A stretch of 23,706 bases of DNA, from assembly GCA_963803975.1 (NCBI GenBank), contig CAWDOY010000022.1:1-23706 (forward strand). Direction: 5' to 3'. Numbering within the stretch: position 1 is the first letter of the stretch; every line of letters starts with the position of its first letter. Source of the DNA: an uncultured delta proteobacterium (lineage in GTDB: Bacteria; Desulfobacterota; WTBG01; CAIYCZ01). This document shows, in pieces, positions 18,987-23,706 of this stretch. The notes under the pieces were generated by a model. That model searched no databases. It was not told the DNA's origin and was given only the letters and a program-made list of their open reading frames with translations. The translations under genes were made by a program, and so were the position numbers.

Positions 18987-19015
18987 TTGACATGCCCAGC
19001 CAATAGTGATACTTT
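18987..19015 (+). promoter_or_regulatory. Sigma-70 promoter of the tRNA-Ser pair
   Basis: TTGACA (18987-18992), 17-nt spacer, TACTTT (19010-19015) with an extended -10 TG at 19007-19008, 17 nt before the tRNA. Confidence 0.7.
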
Positions 19016-19032
19016 TTTCATACCTGATATGC

Positions 19033-19125
19033 GGAGGGATGGCCGAGTGGCTGATGGCGGCGGTCTTGAAAACCGTTGTCCCGTGTTGAACGGGACCGTG
19101 GGTTCAAATCCTACTCCCTCCGCCA
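19033..19125 (+). tRNA. tRNA-Ser(TGA)
   Basis: Acceptor GGAGGGA/TCCCTCC, G73 and encoded CCA. Anticodon arm GCGGT-CT TGA AA-ACCGT, long variable arm GTCCCGT/ACGGGAC, T-loop GTTCAAATC. Confidence 0.97.
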
Positions 19126-19143
19126 TTTATTTTTTTATTTTGT

Positions 19144-19237
19144 GGAGAGATGGCCGAGTTGGTCGAAGGCGCTCGCCTGCTAAGCGAGTGTACGCTCAAA
19201 AGGCGTACCGAGGGTTCGAATCCCTCTCTCTCCGCCA
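19144..19237 (+). tRNA. tRNA-Ser(GCT)
   Basis: Acceptor GGAGAGA/TCTCTCC, G73 and CCA. Anticodon arm CTCGC-CT GCT AA-GCGAG, variable arm GTACGC/GCGTAC, T-loop GTTCGAATC. Confidence 0.97.
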
Positions 19238-19487
19238 TTATTTTATAATCAGGTAAGACTGCTCTTCTCTTTGCCCGTTGCTATCTTCTGCAGCTACAGC
19301 ATATATTTTACTATTGCACATGGGTACAGAACTCTCTTTTTTGTTCAACAGGCCGATACATAAGATATACCGCCTGCTTCTCAACAGGGGCAGATAGAAA
19401 ATGTGAAAGTCACCCCCTGGCATGTAACAACAGCACTTCTTGTTTTCCCCTGTCATTCGATACGAGCACATGATGGGAGATGTATAG

Positions 19488-19875
19488 ATGGTGAGCGACA
19501 GCGACGCAAAAGACAACCCTGCAGAAAAGCGTGAGCATCCACGCGCTGTAGTAAAAATTGAAATTGAATTCAAAGATATTATGGATTTTATTTCGTCCTA
19601 CATGATTAACATCAGCAACGGCGGCCTTTTCATAAAGACTGATGATGCATTCCCGCTGGATACGATCGTTTTGCTGCGTTTTACCATGCCCGGTGATACC
19701 CAGCCTATTGAGACAGAGGGAAAAGTTGTCTGGTGTAATACCAAGGGAGGTAAGGGATACTTCCCCAAGGGAATGGGAATCAAATTTTTACGATTAAATC
19801 CTGATGATGCGGAGAAAATAAATAAAATTTGTCGAAAAACACTTCGCACAGATACAAAGCCACTCATTTTTATAA
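19488..19875 (+). CDS. Single-domain PilZ protein (TIGR02266-like); probable extra A at 19824-19827
   Basis: RxxxR (REHPR), NISNGGLFI, GKVVW and GMGIKF. The +1 frame gives the more typical ending KINKFVEKHFAQIQSHSFL* (stop 19873-19875) and removes the overlap with pilD. As written the ORF ends at 19898. Confidence 0.88.
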
Positions 19876-19890
19876 AACAGGTTGCGCTCC

Positions 19891-20664
19891 ATGATTAACT
19901 GGCTTATACCTGCTTTCCTCTTTGTTTTTGGGGCCGTTATAGGAAGTTTTTTAAATGTTTGTATTATACGGGTCCCTGAGAAAAAATCTATTGTCTATCC
20001 TGCTTCACACTGCCCATCCTGTAAAACGCCCATCGCTTTTTATGATAATATTCCTCTTGTAAGCTATGTGCTGCTGGCGGGAAGATGCAGGCAGTGCAAA
20101 ACGCCCATATCATTCCAGTATTTTTTTGTTGAGCTTCTGACGCCGATTATAACACTTGTCCTCTACTTCTCTTTTGGCTTTTCCCTTGCTGGTGCTCTCG
20201 CAGCTCTTTTTTGTTATGTGCTCCTGGTAATCACTGTTATCGATTTACAGCATCAGATTATTCCCGACAGTATCAGCATCCCGTGCATCCCGCTCTGTTT
20301 ACTATCGTCCATGGTCCTGCCGTGGACCGATCTTAAAAGCTCCCTCATTGGTATTGTTCTTGGCGGAGGCATCCTCTATCTTGTTGCCCAGGCCTATTAC
20401 CTGGTACGAAAAGAAGAAGGCATGGGGGGCGGTGATATTAAGTTGCTGGCCATGATCGGCGCCTTTCTCGGCTGGAAAGGAGCGCTTATTTCTCTGATGG
20501 TAGGAGCGTTTGCAGGAACCCTGGCAGGGATTGCGATGATGCTTGTTCGTGGCAAGAATTTAAAATATGCCCTGCCCTTTGGCCCCTTTCTTTCTCTCGG
20601 TGCCTTCTGCGCCCTGCTGTGGGGAGAGGCAATACTATATTGGTATACACACCTCGGGACCTAA
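19891..20664 (+). CDS. pilD: Type IV prepilin peptidase/N-methyltransferase
   Basis: GAVIGSFLNVCIIR, SHCPSC and GRCRQC zinc motifs, catalytic IDLQHQIIPD and MGGGDIKL, LPFGPFL. Confidence 0.96.
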   Translation: MINWLIPAFLFVFGAVIGSFLNVCIIRVPEKKSIVYPASHCPSCKTPIAFYDNIPLVSYVLLAGRCRQCKTPISFQYFFVELLTPIITLVLYFSFGFSLAGALAALFCYVLLVITVIDLQHQIIPDSISIPCIPLCLLSSMVLPWTDLKSSLIGIVLGGGILYLVAQAYYLVRKEEGMGGGDIKLLAMIGAFLGWKGALISLMVGAFAGTLAGIAMMLVRGKNLKYALPFGPFLSLGAFCALLWGEAILYWYTHLGT

Positions 20665-20739
20665 AGCCCTCACGCTATCAGCATTCGGTACCTGTACCTG
20701 ACCACCGTGCTGATGGCTGAGCACTCGGTGCAGACCGCC

Positions 20740-22261
20740 ATGTATGTAAGCATTAGAACCACTATATTCTGGAATATTTTACTGCTGATGATAGCAGCAA
20801 TCGCGCTCATTAGCTTTGTAGTTTTCAGGGTTACTGAACGGGAAATGATACAACAGCGCATCCGGAGCGGTGAAGAAACCTTCTACGTGCTCAGCTCTGT
20901 TTTTGCCCGCACCCTCGAGCGCTCTGCCGCAGAGCCGGATGAGCCAGAAAAGCTCTTGCAGCATCTCGCCGGGCAGCTCCCTCTCGCACGCATGATTCTT
21001 ATCAATAAGGATTTGGACATTGTTGCTCATACGGAACAGGGCTTGTCGGGTGAGATAGCTGCCGATGACGACCTGCAGCAGGCTTTGAGATCAAACAAAG
21101 TACGTAACCGGGTCGCATACAATGCTCAGGAGCGGGGCAAGTGCCTCATCGTATGCGGACCGCTCTATAACCGGGACCGCACCGTAATCGGCGCGCTGAA
21201 ACTGGTTTTTCCCCTCACTGATGTTGGTCACGGCATTGCGCAAGCCCAGCGCATTATTCTTTTCTATATTTTATTTGATGCTGCAGTGCTTATTCTGTTC
21301 GGCACCTACCTTCTATCGCGCTATCTGGTAAAACCGATAGATAAAATCATTAAATTAACCGACACTATTGCCCGGGGGGAGCTTGATGCCACCCTGTATC
21401 TCTCGGAGAGAAATGAAATCGGAAAGCTTTCAGCCGCCCTCACCCGGATGGCTGAAAGCCTGCAGGAAGAAAAGCGCAAGGTCCAGGAGCACATACATAC
21501 CCTTGAGGATAAAAACCGCGAGCTGTATCGGGCCCAGCAGGAGATCATTCAGTCAGAAAAGCTCGCCTCTGTTGGCCGGCTGGCAGCAGGCATAGCACAC
21601 GAAATCGGAAACCCTATCGGGATTATTCTGGGCTACCTGCATCTTCTGCTCAACCAGCAGGTAGATGAAGAGGAGAAAACTGACTACCTTAAAAGAATGA
21701 ACGCTGAGACGGAACGAATTAATGCTATTATCCGGGAGCTCCTTGATTATGCGCAGCCCTCCACTCTGCAGAGGACGGAACTGGATTTAAACACCATTAT
21801 TGAAGAGACCTATGCGCTGGTATCGTATCAAAAGGGATTCCAGCGTATCATGGTTACCGTAAACCTTGAACCGGACATGCCCGGTCTCTATGCAGATGAA
21901 AAGCAGATTCGGCAGATACTAATCAATTTGACCCTTAATGCCCTTGATGCCATGCCCGTCGAAGGCATTATTAACTATACAACAGCATATAGTCCGGAAA
22001 CAGAGCATATCCTTTTCTCGATTACGGATACCGGGGCCGGCATTCCTGAAAATCTGCAGCAGAAAGTTTTTGATCCATTTTTCACTACCAAAGAACCGGG
22101 CAAGGGAACCGGCCTCGGCCTGTCTAATGTTCAGCGTATTGTTGATGCTCTGGGCGGCAGGATCACGGTTGTAAGTGTCCCCGGGAAGGGGACAACGTTT
22201 ACCATATTATTTCCTGTCGTAAAAAAGACAGACTGCAGAGACCACGAGTCATGCGTGCTGA
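20740..22261 (+). CDS. Membrane sensor histidine kinase (2 TM, HAMP, HisKA, HATPase); 3' end uncertain
   Basis: Two TM segments, HAMP (KPIDKI...NEIGKL), H-box AHEIGNP, N-box NALDAM, G1 DTGAGI, F-box FDPFFTTK, G2 GTGLGL. As written it reads through into the receiver domain. One A fewer at 22221-22226 would stop it at TGA 22259-22261. Confidence 0.88.
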
Positions 22262-22314
22262 GCAACGGAACATACCAAACACTCCGCATTGAAATCCTGT
22301 GGCGAGGAATCATT

Positions 22315-23688
22315 ATGCAGCATAAGACCCTTCTGGTTATTGATGACGAAGAGAATATGCGTCATGTTCTTAAATCTATGCTGACCAAAGAAGGCTATGA
22401 GGTGTCACTGGCAGCCGATGGACGTGAAGGGCTCCAGCGTCTCGCAGAGCAGCATTTTGATTTCATTCTCTGTGATATTAAAATGCCCCGCATGGACGGG
22501 ATTGAATTTCTTAAAAACCTGCAAAGCACACTAACCCTGCAACCATTATCACCATGTCTGCCTATGGCACCATCGATCTTGCCATAGAGACTATGCATCT
22601 GGGTGCCTACGATTATATTTCCAAACCATTTAAGCCGGCAGAAATTATTTTAACCCTGAAAAAAGCTGAAGAGCGGGAACGGCTGCAAAAAGAGAATGTA
22701 CTGCTGCGAGAAGAAGTGCAGCGCAAATATAATTTTCAAAACCTTATCGGCAAAAGTTCTCACGTCATGCATCTGTGTGAGATGATTAAGAAAATTGCGC
22801 AGCATAAGAGTCCGGTGCTCATAACCGGCGCAAGCGGAACCGGCAAGGAACTGGTGGCAAAGGCTATCCATTATAACGGTGCCCGCAGCACCCAGCCATT
22901 TTCAGCAATCAACTGCGGCGCTATTCCCGAAAATCTTCTTGAGTGCGAGTTGTTTGGCCATAAAAAAGGGGCCTTCACCGGGGCGATCTATGATCGGCGG
23001 GGCATCTTTGAAGAGGCTGATGGGGGGACGATACTGCTTGATGAAATCGGTGAGCTTCCGCATCCTTTGCAGGTCAAGCTGCTGCGGGTTCTTCAGGAGG
23101 GGGAAATAAGGCGTGTTGGTGAGGACCGCTGCCTGACGATTGATGTGCGGATTATTGCTGCCACAGCAAAAGACCTCTCTCAGGAAGCAAAGCAGGGCGC
23201 ATTCCGTGAGGACCTGTTTTACCGCCTCAATGTACTGCCCATCCACATCCCCCCCTTGCGTGAACGACGGGAGGATATCCCGCTGCTGGTTACGTATTTC
23301 CTGCAGAAATATAACCGGCAGTGTGGTCTCGCCATCCAGGAAATAACACCGTCAGCGTTACAGCTGCTGATAAACTATTCCTGGCCGGGCAATGTCCGCG
23401 AACTGGAAAACATTATTGAGCGTACCATGGTTATGACCGATAAAACAACCATAGACGAACATGACCTCCCGGACTATATAAGGACTACTTCGATCGAGGA
23501 CATACAATGATAGTCTCATCAATGAATATTCCATAAAAAAGATGGAACGAATTCTGGAAGAAAAACTCATACGCAAGGCGTTAATCAAGACCCATGGAAA
23601 TAAAACCCGGGCGGTAAAGCTGCTGGAAATCAGCTACCCCGCCCTGCTCAGTAAAATCGAGGAATACGGGATTGCGCACGAGGATTAA
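22315..23688 (+). CDS. Sigma-54-dependent response regulator (NtrC/AtoC family: REC, AAA+, Fis HTH), with two frameshifts
   Basis: GAGGA RBS before ATG 22315. REC: LVIDDE, CDIKMPRMDG, MSAYG, SKPF. AAA+: GASGTGKE, GAFTGA, LLDEIGE, FREDLFYRLNV, WPGNVRELEN. HTH (KALIKTHGNKTRAVKLLEISYPALLSKIEEYGI) is in the +1 frame, ending at TAA 23686-23688. Shifts near 22530 and 23500. Confidence 0.92.
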
Positions 23689-23706
23689 CAGAGCATCGAG
23701 ACAGCC

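Noticed and set aside
19033..19125. tRNA-Sec or a suppressor tRNA
   Set aside because: The anticodon is TGA (reads UCA, Ser), not TCA, and the acceptor stem is a normal 7 bp.
18896..19256. ORFs 18896-19126 (-) and 18903-19256 (+)
   Set aside because: Shadow ORFs over the two tRNA-Ser genes.
19238..19487. Integrated element at the tRNA 3' end
   Set aside because: No integrase and no duplicated tRNA 3' end were seen. Downstream genes are ordinary chromosomal genes.

Overview
Core-genome segment of a Gram-negative bacterium; the gene content and order suggest Desulfobacterota/'Deltaproteobacteria' (inference). Minus strand, in transcription order: gatB-mtnA-ilvE-ygfA(5-formyl-THF cyclo-ligase)-patatin, an orphan VapB-like antitoxin and a mannose-6-phosphate-isomerase-type cupin. 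Next come tatA and mlaA (+), converging on mlaE-F-D-C (-). The right half (+) is dprA-topA-trmFO, a two-gene RdgC-like pair, serS, two tRNA-Ser, a PilZ protein, pilD and a HAMP histidine kinase with a sigma-54 response regulator. There is no transposase, integrase, CRISPR array or defence island. About ten indels, nearly all single extra bases, break genes including essential serS and gatB, so they are most likely sequencing or assembly errors. The less obvious signals are: a diverged copy of the ygfA 3' end that brackets the patatin gene and carries the antitoxin start; a sub-threshold signal-peptide-like small ORF with its own terminator; inverted 7/8-nt periodic arrays in several intergenic gaps; REP-like palindromes; the split RdgC; and an in-frame kinase-regulator readthrough. 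I found no clearly new multi-gene system.
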